Sequence record: MG655268.1 | Length of the DNA stretch: 40,000 nt | Origin: Erwinia phage vB_EamM_Desertfox | Strand: one strand, 5' to 3' | Shown: piece by piece, positions 9,633 to 18,602 of the stretch | Numbering within the stretch: the first letter of the stretch is position 1 | Layout of the letters: each line of letters begins with the position of its first letter | Made by a program: the position numbers and the translations under genes | The notes under the pieces: generated by a model | Database searches by the model: none | What the model was told of the DNA's origin: nothing | What the model saw: the letters and a program-made list of their open reading frames with translations, nothing else

Positions 9633-10286
9633 ATGTCAACCGAAATGACCATTTCTCGTGCACTGGCTACAGTGAAGTCTTTGAATGTCCGCATCAAAGA
9701 TATCTCTAAAAAGCAGGTGCTGATTCTGCCAACCGCCGGTACTGGCGACATGCAATCGGTGATCAACAACAGCATCACTGTTACCGATGCTGAAGCCGCC
9801 ATCCAGAATAACTGGAATGCGCTGAACGACATGATCAAAGTGCGTAACGATATTCGTGCGAAGATCATCCTGTCGAACGCCACAACCAAAGTGACCATCG
9901 CCGGTAAAGAATACACCATTGTTGAGGCATTGGACTTCCGCAACTCCCTGGTCGAAAAGAAAGACACGGTTGAGTGCCTGAAGCGCAACTACGACTCCAC
10001 AATGAAAGTTCACCGCCAGCAGGGCGACATCTACGAAAAGCGTTTAAGCGATGTGCGCTCCGAAGCCCTGGCCTCCGGCAAGAAGTTTGATGAAGCCAGC
10101 TTGAAGACCTTCACCGATCCAATCGATGTGAAGATGAAACCAGGCCTGATCGATCCTCTGGGTATCTCAGCAGTTATTGAGAAGCTGGACAAAGAGATCG
10201 CTGACTTCGAACTTAACGCCGACTACGCGTTGTCCGAATCTAACGCAACGACCAAGATCACTGTTGAACTTGGTAACATTGCTTAA
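9633..10286 (+). CDS. Hypothetical protein (217 aa), predicted largely helical
   Basis: ORF with upstream AAAGGATAA. Confidence 0.85.
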   Translation: MSTEMTISRALATVKSLNVRIKDISKKQVLILPTAGTGDMQSVINNSITVTDAEAAIQNNWNALNDMIKVRNDIRAKIILSNATTKVTIAGKEYTIVEALDFRNSLVEKKDTVECLKRNYDSTMKVHRQQGDIYEKRLSDVRSEALASGKKFDEASLKTFTDPIDVKMKPGLIDPLGISAVIEKLDKEIADFELNADYALSESNATTKITVELGNIA

Positions 10287-10382
10287 TCCGTATTAAAAGG
10301 CTTGTCTTCGTTTGACGAAAGATCAAACACCGCCTTCCTATTTGGCCGGATGGAAGTAAAATAACCGGCCAGCCATTATACA

Positions 10383-10448
10383 TCTGTAGGTCGCAGGTTC
10401 GATTCCTGTCGGGGTGAAACCCGTAGCTCAGTCGGTTAGAGCAGCAGA
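10383..10448 (+). other. tRNA-like element with halves in permuted order (3' half then 5' half)
   Basis: T arm GCAGG-TTCGATT-CCTGT (10393-10409), CGGG (10410-10413)/CCCG (10420-10423), TA plus D arm GCTC/GAGC (10424-10442), and GCAGA (10444-10448) complementary to TCTGT (10383-10387). Confidence 0.5.
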
Positions 10449-10760
10449 ACAACTGCTTATGCTAAAAGCAATGATCTTTGGGATCATCAATGGTGTACTG
10501 TGAGCACCTTGAAATCACAGGTCTAAAGCTTAAAGCTATAACGTATAATGACTAAAGCTCTAAAGGTTTAAACTTATAACGTTAAAAAGATCTACACTCC
10601 CTGATGACTGTGTTCGTCGGGCTATAACGCTAAAACCTTTTAAACAAATCCTGGGTATTCCTCCGCTGTGAGGATGGGTAATGTGGAGTGTGGTCTGCCA
10701 CGTATCGCCGCCAGGCTGTCTTGCGGAGACAAGTCTTTCCCTTTTGCAATAGGTGACCTA

Positions 10761-10931
10761 ATGACAGGCACTGCATTAATGATCATTGAGCAACCACAAC
10801 CGGAATTCAATATCCCGTTGAGGTCGCCTTATCCTGCCCTTCATGACGTAAGGTTTTCTATGTTCCCTGTTATGGGTGAGCCTGAGAACGAAGGGTTTGA
10901 ACAAGATTCAGAAACTGACGCATTACATTGA
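10761..10931 (+). CDS. Small hypothetical protein (56 aa from ATG 10761)
   Basis: ATG preceded by AGGTGA; ORF track start 10668 includes an implausible N-terminal extension. Confidence 0.5.
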   Translation: MTGTALMIIEQPQPEFNIPLRSPYPALHDVRFSMFPVMGEPENEGFEQDSETDALH

Positions 10932-11221
10932 GGAGATTCAATCGCGCAGGTTCTTAACCGACTAAAGCCAGGGTGACTTGTGTTATCTTGGTAAAAGGTG
11001 AACGCGTCGTTACAGCGCATACGACTGAATGGGCCGATCCCCCCTTCGGAGTAATATTAGCCCAGATCCATTGCACACCGATAAGTCAATGGCTAGCCAG
11101 ACACACAAAAAAACTATTATGCTTCGACAGATGGTAGGTGCCTGATTACTACAATTCGATTCGATACCTCAACTAAAAGGCGGACACAAGGGCCGTTATG
11201 AGTGAAGCACCAGGAAACTAT

Positions 11222-11260
11222 ACCTTGGTAAGGCCCCAGGTTTTTTATCCTTACCAAGGT
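11222..11260 (+). repeat. 12-bp perfect hairpin
   Basis: ACCTTGGTAAGG (11222-11233) / CCTTACCAAGGT (11249-11260). Confidence 0.7.
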
Positions 11261-11380
11261 TCTCTTTCTTTTACTGCCTGATAATGGGTGGATGTCTTAG
11301 TCACCTTTCTTTCACAGAGGCAACAACCTAAGGCGTCTGCCCGCCCTATAACCCGAGTCGTCTAGCGACAAGACACCGTC

Positions 11381-11461
11381 AGACCCATTTGGTAACAGCC
11401 TAACTTACCTGTTACCCAACCTATGACGGAAACAGGTGGTTCAACTCCACCTCTTGGGTCT
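11381..11461 (+). ncRNA. Predicted three-helix RNA within the long non-coding block
   Basis: AGACCCA (11381-11387)/TGGGTCT (11455-11461) encloses GGTAACAG (11391-11398)/CTGTTACC (11409-11416) and AGGTGG-TTCAACT-CCACCT (11434-11452). Confidence 0.45.
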
Positions 11462-11922
11462 TAGGTATTGGCTTAGGCAAACTCCGTCGCGGCTTTACCC
11501 TCAATAGGCTGCGTTGCGTAAGTCAGTACCGTGCTGTGCGTCGTACTCCCTGATGAGGCGCCCGACGTTAAAAGGCACGAAACGGGGACAGAGGATACTC
11601 CATCGGTGATTGCAATCAACCACGCTGGGGTTTATACAGGCACTTGAGAGACACGCTGGTTTCTCGTTGCCTGTCCCTTTGTCCCGTCGGAGTCCCTTGC
11701 GTTCCTGGAGGGATGACACCGCGTTAAGACTGATCCCCTTAACGAAGTTGCAATAGCCGGGGGGTGTTTCTTGCAAAGGTTACTCACAGCAGACTGCCTC
11801 CGCCAATTGCGGATGGCTTAGGCCCTCAGCCCGTCAGGAAGTTGTCGTTGAATAAATGACAGCTGGACTAGGGTTGCATTATAACCCGGCAAATGTGCAG
11901 CCTGTTTTTTCTTCATGTGTAC

Positions 11923-11936
11923 CTGAACCGGTTCAG
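11923..11936. repeat. 14-nt perfect palindrome CTGAACCGGTTCAG
   Basis: Self-complementary sequence, possible protein binding site. Confidence 0.5.
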
Positions 11937-12201
11937 GAGCCTACAGATGAGGGAACGACGGGAAGCATATTGCTACCGATCATTTGCTGTGTGACCGGGC
12001 CAAGGATGGCATATACCGGAACCAGTAGTCGTATTCAGCGCAGGTGCGCTTTCTCTTCCTTATCTTGTGGTTAAACCGCACCTGTCTGGATCATATGTGC
12101 CGGGGTCACACCTGGCGCTTATGCCGTCTGAGTTGTATCCTTTTTTACTCCTACATTACGAAGCTGATATACCCATCAATTCAATTTAAAGGAGTTTAGT
12201 T

Positions 12202-12624
12202 ATGAAGAACGTTACTATTGCTATTGGTCGTAATCCGCTGTCCAACCAGAAATGGATTCTGGATCAGATCGTGAGTCTGGTGAAGTCCGGCAAGTCCGAC
12301 ATCTTCATCGTAAATACTGACTCACGGGTTTCCACTGCGGTACTCAATGCCTTGAAAGAGTATACGAAGGATGATGCGGAATACACTCGCTTGGTTGCTG
12401 AGAACGGTGTCATGTTCCACACAACCGAGACCGAAGATCTGCAAACGCTGGATGATGCTAAGATGAACAGCCGCTCGGCGATTCTGGCCAACATGCTGTT
12501 CAGCCTGCCATTGGTCAAACAGTGTCGTGATCTGGCCCGTCACCATGTCCCGGTCTTTGTGAGTGCCACACCTGCCATGTCTGGTAAGGTGCCGGCTTCC
12601 GCCCATACCAAGTTCCTCGATTAA
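12202..12624 (+). CDS. Hypothetical protein (140 aa)
   Basis: ORF with AAAGGAG ribosome binding site. Confidence 0.85.
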   Translation: MKNVTIAIGRNPLSNQKWILDQIVSLVKSGKSDIFIVNTDSRVSTAVLNALKEYTKDDAEYTRLVAENGVMFHTTETEDLQTLDDAKMNSRSAILANMLFSLPLVKQCRDLARHHVPVFVSATPAMSGKVPASAHTKFLD

Positions 12625-12633
12625 GGATAGCCC

Positions 12634-13095
12634 ATGGTAAATCACCTGTGGGGTCAGTTGTCGGAGCGTGCCATCCGCGCTGCTGCTACTGACCTACGGT
12701 TGAAGCCTGTAGAGAGCCTGCCCATGTGTTGGGCAGAGCTCCTCTCCATCGGGATCACCAAACCCCTTGGACGCTTTGACGTTCTTACCCATATCGGCCG
12801 TCGTCCTGAGCTTCACTATTTAACTGTGTTAGCAGAGGAAGGTGTCCGTTTCATCGATGTGTTAGCGGAAGATACTGATGCCCGTCACGCACATCGAGCT
12901 CGAGCAAACGCAGTCTGCTATTATGACAAAGATCAGAAGCCGCAACTGTGTTGGTTATACCTCTCCCGTGGTGAGTTAACGGAGGGGAATTTTAGTCGTG
13001 CTGTGCGTGAAGGTATTCATCGTGTCGCTGGGAAGTTCCCGGAGGACACCAACACTCACTTCTGTGATCTATCGGGATTGACCCATGCTAAGTAA
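12634..13095 (+). CDS. Hypothetical protein (153 aa)
   Basis: ORF. Confidence 0.8.
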   Translation: MVNHLWGQLSERAIRAAATDLRLKPVESLPMCWAELLSIGITKPLGRFDVLTHIGRRPELHYLTVLAEEGVRFIDVLAEDTDARHAHRARANAVCYYDKDQKPQLCWLYLSRGELTEGNFSRAVREGIHRVAGKFPEDTNTHFCDLSGLTHAK

Positions 13096-13210
13096 AAAGA
13101 TTATGACTGAACTGCGCCGTCGGATTAATAAAGGCAATAAGCCTCAGCAGTCAGGTCGTTTGACCCATGTTCTTGTAGACAGCAAGTCTACAGGCTTTAA
13201 ACCACAATAA
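13085..13210 (+). CDS. Possible small basic protein (41 aa), absent from the supplied ORF track
   Basis: Manual translation MLSKKIMTELRRRINKGNKPQQSGRLTHVLVDSKSTGFKPQ*; overlaps the upstream stop. Confidence 0.4.
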   Translation: MLSKKIMTELRRRINKGNKPQQSGRLTHVLVDSKSTGFKPQ

Positions 13211-13227
13211 CGTTTCTCGGTGTCCTC

Positions 13228-13773
13228 ATGACTCAAACACAAAGTTATTCCGTTAATGCCTTTGACGAAATTGTCATCACCGCTACCCGTCACGCGTCCA
13301 ACCATATTCACTACCGATTCGCAACCCCTGGGGAAAAATCGGTAGTGATCCATGCGTTTGACTCAACCACAGAGCTGACCACCCAGGAGGCCTTTAAACG
13401 GGTTTATGCCGAACTGGCACACTGGGTAGGGGTTAAGGCCGATTATGATCACCTGCAGCGTAACGATGCCATTCCGTTGCTGATTTCGGTGGCCCGTGAT
13501 CTGTTCGTTGAGAACATCTTCAAAGACATGAAAGATCTCAGCGGCGAGTTCCTGCACAATGGCGTGTCTGTCAACTGGAAACGCACGTTGATGATGGATG
13601 TGTTACTGACCAGTTTTGAAACCCAGGTAAGTGACCATATCAGCGAAGATGGTTTGGGTGTTCGGACGTATTCCAAGATCGAGCTGCGCACCCACTCGAA
13701 AGAAGACAACCTGTCACCAAACCTGCAGTACGCGGAATACGCGGGGGTATTTGATCGTGGTCCAACTCTCTAA
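13228..13773 (+). CDS. Hypothetical protein (181 aa)
   Basis: ORF. Confidence 0.8.
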   Translation: MTQTQSYSVNAFDEIVITATRHASNHIHYRFATPGEKSVVIHAFDSTTELTTQEAFKRVYAELAHWVGVKADYDHLQRNDAIPLLISVARDLFVENIFKDMKDLSGEFLHNGVSVNWKRTLMMDVLLTSFETQVSDHISEDGLGVRTYSKIELRTHSKEDNLSPNLQYAEYAGVFDRGPTL

Positions 13774-14329
13774 CTTCGCCCATCCTGTTAACGCGGTTAA
13801 TACGCAGCAACAGTTCGAGCTGTTTACGATCACTACCCTGCAGTTGCATGGCGGGAGTGTTTTCCATCGGGTGACATTGCCTTTGGATGGACACCCTACT
13901 GAGATCGCATTGTTTGCCCAACCCACGAAGATGTCACATGTCGATGTGTTGCGCACGGTGCACGATCTGGTGTTTCTGTGGATTCCGCCAGTGACTGATC
14001 CGCGGGGGTTGATCATGGGCCATCGTGATTATATCCTCAATCTCTGTAAAGAGACCTTGCGGGTTGTTGCAGGTGTGGGTAGCTGGCCAGTCCCAGCGTT
14101 TAATAAACAGGATGTCACGGATAACGGTGTGCTTCATTTGTTGCGCTACTATGATCCGATAATGGATCGTATCATCACTCAGGTGGTTGGTACACCGCCA
14201 ATGGATCTGGATGATCGGGATATGCGCCAGGATAAGCAAGGGGCAGGGCTTGTCGCCTTCTCACCCTCTTGGCTTGACCCCGGGCCTTTCACGGCACAGG
14301 ATCACAACTACGGCGTTGCTGATGCATAA
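13757..14329 (+). CDS. Hypothetical protein, start approximate (GTG 13757)
   Basis: ORF track frame 13631..14329; plausible start overlaps the end of the previous gene. Confidence 0.65.
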   Translation: MVQLSNFAHPVNAVNTQQQFELFTITTLQLHGGSVFHRVTLPLDGHPTEIALFAQPTKMSHVDVLRTVHDLVFLWIPPVTDPRGLIMGHRDYILNLCKETLRVVAGVGSWPVPAFNKQDVTDNGVLHLLRYYDPIMDRIITQVVGTPPMDLDDRDMRQDKQGAGLVAFSPSWLDPGPFTAQDHNYGVADA

Positions 14330-14338
14330 AGCGGCATA

Positions 14339-14383
14339 AGAGGAGGAGCGTTTGCTCCTCCTCTGTTTATGCTCTTTTTTTTT
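14339..14383 (+). terminator. 11-bp hairpin AGAGGAGGAGC/GCTCCTCCTCT followed by TTTATGCTCTTTTTTTTT
   Basis: Stem 14339-14349/14354-14364 with T run, between convergent genes. Confidence 0.85.
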
Positions 14384-14384
14384 G

Positions 14385-15236
14385 TTATCGTTTAGGGACA
14401 CTCATCCGAATCGAGCGGTGCTTACGGAGTTTGTCTGACCACGCTGCTGTCTTCTTCCATCGGGTTTCCAGGAAGTCGGTGTAGTTGTCCACCGCATCAG
14501 CATAGCTTTCAATGGTGTCTTTAAACGCCCCGAGTTCCACGCCGCCCACTAACGCCCCTTGGTCAACAGGAATACGCAGACGTTGATAGATGTAGGCTTT
14601 CACCGCATAGTTCACCAACTGCGAGAACCGAGTGTAGGCCCGGACCGGGATGTTAGTCATCTCTGAGTCGTTTGAGACAATACAACGTAGGGTCAGCATG
14701 TTCGTGATCATTTGGGTTTCATAGATCGCTACCATGTTCTGACCAATCAAGGCTACGTTGGTCATCTGAATCTCAGGAGCCGGGGAGTAGGATTGCAACA
14801 TCTGCTGCATACCCTGGGTGATCGCCCCATTACTGCACCCCATGTTCATTCCACCGGTATACCCGCCAATCCCTGCGCCACCGGGTACGCCAAATAACGC
14901 ATCGGGGTAACCGTACATCAAGGAGAGAATCGAGGTGATCACTCGCCCGCCGGTTAACGACTTCGGTACCCGAAAGACCGTGGTGAAGTTATCGGGTTGA
15001 ACATACTCCACATCCCGTAAGGGTATGATGACTTCTACCCCACCCACGACGTCACAATCACGACGCACTTTGGCATCGATCACTTTCGTACGGATGGCTT
15101 CATTAAGTGAAGTGTTGAGAACCTGACGAACGCCAGTGTGGTAGTAAGCAACATCATTGGTCATGAACGCTGCTCTTAACAAACTGGGATCAAAGTTCCA
15201 CATCACGTCATTAATGGCATGATCTATCGCGCTCAT
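14385..15236 (-). CDS. Hypothetical protein (283 aa), possibly virion-associated
   Basis: Long reverse ORF; Gly/Met-rich centre (GVPGGAGIGGYTGGMNMG). Virion role is a guess. Confidence 0.8.
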   Translation of the reverse strand: MSAIDHAINDVMWNFDPSLLRAAFMTNDVAYYHTGVRQVLNTSLNEAIRTKVIDAKVRRDCDVVGGVEVIIPLRDVEYVQPDNFTTVFRVPKSLTGGRVITSILSLMYGYPDALFGVPGGAGIGGYTGGMNMGCSNGAITQGMQQMLQSYSPAPEIQMTNVALIGQNMVAIYETQMITNMLTLRCIVSNDSEMTNIPVRAYTRFSQLVNYAVKAYIYQRLRIPVDQGALVGGVELGAFKDTIESYADAVDNYTDFLETRWKKTAAWSDKLRKHRSIRMSVPKR

Positions 15237-15324
15237 AATCGCACCTTTGTTACATTCTACATGGATGTATGTATATATGTTGAAAAACTGATCTCATAGA
15301 ATTTAACCAACGGAGCAATATCAC

Positions 15325-16299
15325 ATGTCAAAACGTTTAACCCGCATCTACGCTTGTGGCGGTGCTGCCATCAACATCACCGCGGCGCAGAAGGACCAGC
15401 ACGATCAACTGGGCTTCTCTGACCTCAGCGTATCGCGTATCGATACCTCGGATAAGAACATCAAACCAGGCATGTCACCGAACAGCGTCTACATCCTGGA
15501 AAACGCAGACGGTTCTGGTAAAGAGCGTAAGCACAACTACAAAGCGATCGTGGCCTCACTCGAACAGATCCTGGCGATGCACAAACCGGGCGACTACAAC
15601 ATCGTCATGATGTCAGCCTCAGGCGGTTCTGGTTCGGTCATCGGTCCGGTAATCATTGGTGAGCTGCTGAAGCGTAAGATCCCAGTGGTTGCACTGGTTG
15701 TGGGTACCATCGGTTCTGAAACTGAAACGCAGAACTCCATCAATACCCTGAAGTCCCTGGCCGGTGTCTCTGAAGCCCAGAAAGCCCCACTGGTGATGTC
15801 GTACTTCCCGGTGAACCAGCACTTCGATCAGCGTGAAGTGGACAAGCAAGTCCTGACCACCATGACGCTGCTGCTCAACCTGTTCGACTCGAAGAACATC
15901 GAAATCGATTACAAAGATATCGTGAACTTCCTGAACTACACCAACATCCGTAACACCCGCCCTGGCCTGGTTGGCCTCGAAACGTACAACGACGACGAAC
16001 TGCAAACCATCGCTGGTACCTCGCCGTTGTCCATGGCGTCAGTGTTCAAAGATGATAACCGTCCGTTCCTGCCGGTTACCCCGGACTACCATGCCACCGG
16101 TACCCGTGACCAGGACATGAAAGATGAACGTATGCAGTTTAACGCGCACTATGTCATTACCTCAGCGCCGGTTAAAATGGCGTTCGAAGATCTGAACAAA
16201 CGTATGAAGCAGATCACTGATCAGCAGCATACTCGCGGCCAGAACTTCAACCTGCTGGGTGATGGCGACCAGGGTGACGATAACGGGATGTTCCTGTAA
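15325..16299 (+). CDS. phuZ: Phage tubulin-like GTPase (PhuZ-like)
   Basis: N-terminal ACGGAAINI (T1-like), SASGGSGSVIGP (GGGTGSG-like tubulin signature), acidic C-terminal tail DGDQGDDNGMFL. Confidence 0.85.
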   Translation: MSKRLTRIYACGGAAINITAAQKDQHDQLGFSDLSVSRIDTSDKNIKPGMSPNSVYILENADGSGKERKHNYKAIVASLEQILAMHKPGDYNIVMMSASGGSGSVIGPVIIGELLKRKIPVVALVVGTIGSETETQNSINTLKSLAGVSEAQKAPLVMSYFPVNQHFDQREVDKQVLTTMTLLLNLFDSKNIEIDYKDIVNFLNYTNIRNTRPGLVGLETYNDDELQTIAGTSPLSMASVFKDDNRPFLPVTPDYHATGTRDQDMKDERMQFNAHYVITSAPVKMAFEDLNKRMKQITDQQHTRGQNFNLLGDGDQGDDNGMFL

Positions 16300-16320
16300 T
16301 CCACTGAGCCTCTCTATTAT

Positions 16321-16396
16321 ATGTAACCGCTGCTGCAACACTCCTCTGTCTGGGTTTTCTGTATTCCTTTTACCAGAGATGAGTGAAGCGTTACAT
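16321..16396 (+). other. Possible structured 3' region of the tubulin transcript
   Basis: ATGTAAC (16321-16327)/GTTACAT (16390-16396). Confidence 0.25.
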
Positions 16397-16446
16397 TTCT
16401 TCCGTGACCATGGCTGCTAGCGGGAGAGGCTGTTTAAAGAGCGAAT

Positions 16447-16476
16447 CCCCTCCACCGTTTTGGTGGAGGGGTTATG
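16447..16476 (+). terminator. 10-bp perfect hairpin followed by TTATG
   Basis: CCCCTCCACC (16447-16456)/GGTGGAGGGG (16462-16471); lacks a long T run. Confidence 0.55.
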
Positions 16477-16601
16477 CCGTCAAAAATAATTCAAACCTAC
16501 ATTATAATCACGAGCAGTACCAATTACTTTCGTACATTAACGTACTATTATTTAGGGCATAGCCCTTTTATAGTTGGATGTATGACTAGGAGCTTAACAC
16601 C

Positions 16602-17891
16602 GTGAACTACAGCACAGACAATTTTATTATCGACGTTGGTCAGTATATTCCAACCATCATGTTTCGCGCACCGTACCTGAACGGTAAGCCATTAACCCAC
16701 GAACAAACGTATTGTATTTTCGCTGCCATCCACGACGAAATCTTTAATGAGACATTCCCGTGGGCCCACATTAACAACAGTTTAGAAACCGCCTTATCAA
16801 CGGTGTATGCAGACTACCCTTTATTTACTCTTGGTGAACCACGCTATTGGCGTTTTGGGCATAACGGCTATGAGATCTATCGCCCAACTCAAAATGGCTT
16901 TAATTACATGGATGCTCCGCATGGACGTTTACCGCAGAACCCACCACGTGGGTCGATCTTTAAGATTGCCGGGGGACGGGTCTATGCAGAGTGGTTAAGC
17001 GCGTTTGTCACGAACACCTTGTTTGGTATTCGTAACCGACTCCACGACGAACTGCTCCGTTTCGTCGGTACGGCTGCGGATTACGAATGGCACTTTGAGT
17101 ATGTGTCAAACGGAATTTTCTATACCAAAGTTTCTAAGAACCCATTAGTCACCCAACCGGTGCATGTCAAGCTCCAGGCAATGACTGAAGCTGAGCAGAT
17201 ACAACAGGCGATTTCAGATCTTCCAGATGTTCGTCAACCAACCGTAGGGAATGCGGTGGCGGTGAATCTGGATATTCGTGCACACAGCAGTCTCGAACGT
17301 ATCCCTGAAGTCTGTGGTTATTTGCAACAGCTGATCATGCATGCACGTCAGCATCATGCACCACTTGAAGTGAAGGTGATCTATCACAGCAAAACCTACT
17401 ACGATAAAGTGGTCAGCTTTGCGCGTGGGTTTATTGAGCAATATCAATTGCCGGTGAAGCTCGCCTTCAAAGAGCAATGGGTGGATTTGCAACAAGCTCA
17501 CCCAGCCTCCCTGGGCGCTGTATCGGTATCTTCTGACATCCCTAGCATTAAAGATATAGAGCGTGACCACGATCGTCTGCGTGAAATCCGTACCCAGCTG
17601 ATTCGTAATAACGCCCTCAGCCCCTGGTTGACACAAGAACTGTTGGCAATTGCACCAGGCTTGTTTAGTAAGAAGATCTCCGATGAAGAGATGTTCACCG
17701 CCATGATGACAACGGACTGGGGTGTAAACAACAAAGGCCGCCGGGTAGATGCTACTCGATTGAACCCGATGGTGATTGGGGCAGTAATCTCCATTGATCG
17801 TCAGTTAGAAGGGGAAGCATTGCCACAGGTTACTCAACCACAACACCAACTTCACGTGTTACATGAGATCAACTGGAATAATGTGCGATGA
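16602..17891 (+). CDS. Hypothetical protein (429 aa)
   Basis: Long ORF. Confidence 0.85.
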   Translation: MNYSTDNFIIDVGQYIPTIMFRAPYLNGKPLTHEQTYCIFAAIHDEIFNETFPWAHINNSLETALSTVYADYPLFTLGEPRYWRFGHNGYEIYRPTQNGFNYMDAPHGRLPQNPPRGSIFKIAGGRVYAEWLSAFVTNTLFGIRNRLHDELLRFVGTAADYEWHFEYVSNGIFYTKVSKNPLVTQPVHVKLQAMTEAEQIQQAISDLPDVRQPTVGNAVAVNLDIRAHSSLERIPEVCGYLQQLIMHARQHHAPLEVKVIYHSKTYYDKVVSFARGFIEQYQLPVKLAFKEQWVDLQQAHPASLGAVSVSSDIPSIKDIERDHDRLREIRTQLIRNNALSPWLTQELLAIAPGLFSKKISDEEMFTAMMTTDWGVNNKGRRVDATRLNPMVIGAVISIDRQLEGEALPQVTQPQHQLHVLHEINWNNVR

Positions 17892-18244
17892 ATGCCAATG
17901 TGCTTCTGATCGATCTTAAACCGATAGTCTATCAGTGGTTCACACCAGAACAAGCCAATGACAGTGACTTGCACATGGCAATAGATGATCTGGCCACCTG
18001 GGCAACCAGCACGGCGGTGGAACAGGAATGCGACACCGACCTGATTGGCCCGACCTTCTTCCTGGTCAACTCAGGTTGGCAGCATGACCAATTGCAAGCC
18101 ATGATCGATACAATGGCCAAAGTAGTAAGAACGATCTACCTGACCCAGTCCACTCCCGAATGGCGTAGCGCCGGGGTGAAACGTATTCAGGTAGATCAAT
18201 TCTATCTGATGACCGTTAAGCTGGGGATTGATCCATATGTCTGA
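17888..18244 (+). CDS. Hypothetical protein (118 aa)
   Basis: ATGA overlap with the previous gene. Confidence 0.8.
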   Translation: MNANVLLIDLKPIVYQWFTPEQANDSDLHMAIDDLATWATSTAVEQECDTDLIGPTFFLVNSGWQHDQLQAMIDTMAKVVRTIYLTQSTPEWRSAGVKRIQVDQFYLMTVKLGIDPYV

Positions 18245-18599
18245 AGTCCTGTCCCGAACCAAAGCCATCGTCCCGTGCGGTGAGCTGCTCGGGTCTTTGA
18301 AACGCTACCCTGGCGTGAGTGATGAAGCAGCCCATGCTTTTATCACCGCCGGGGCGGTACATTTATTCCACGACCGTTATGTTGATCCCATCCTCAGTGT
18401 AGATGACCTGGCGTTAATTGGGGAGACCCGGGCCAGCGTTTTGACCGGTTTAGCGTACGAGTGGTTGCATGATCAGTTCACGATCATTCACAACGACATC
18501 AAACGACACGTCAAGCACTTTGACGAGTTGCGTGCCGACGACTACAGCTGGGAGGGGGATTGCATACATCTTGACTTGTCGCTTTACGATGAGGACTAA
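18237..18599 (+). CDS. Hypothetical protein (120 aa)
   Basis: ORF overlapping previous gene end. Confidence 0.75.
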   Translation: MSEVLSRTKAIVPCGELLGSLKRYPGVSDEAAHAFITAGAVHLFHDRYVDPILSVDDLALIGETRASVLTGLAYEWLHDQFTIIHNDIKRHVKHFDELRADDYSWEGDCIHLDLSLYDED

Positions 18600-18602
18600 C
18601 CT

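Noticed and set aside
10258-10452. Reverse ORF MFCCSNRLSYGFHPDRNRTCDLQM...
   Set aside because: This is the familiar antisense translation of tRNA-like sequence (HPDRNRTCDLQ); treated as spurious, but it led to inspection of the permuted element.
11434-11461. A conventional tRNA or tmRNA 3' end at AGGTGGTTCAACTCCACCT
   Set aside because: The T-arm-like hairpin is real, but there is a 2-nt gap before the outer helix, and no D arm, anticodon arm or CCA; reported as an unclassified structured RNA instead.
11501-11776. Reverse ORF of 91 aa (MQETPPGYCNFVKGISLNAV...) and the + strand ORF 11856-12074
   Set aside because: Both sit within the structured non-coding block, have low-quality composition and no convincing ribosome binding site.
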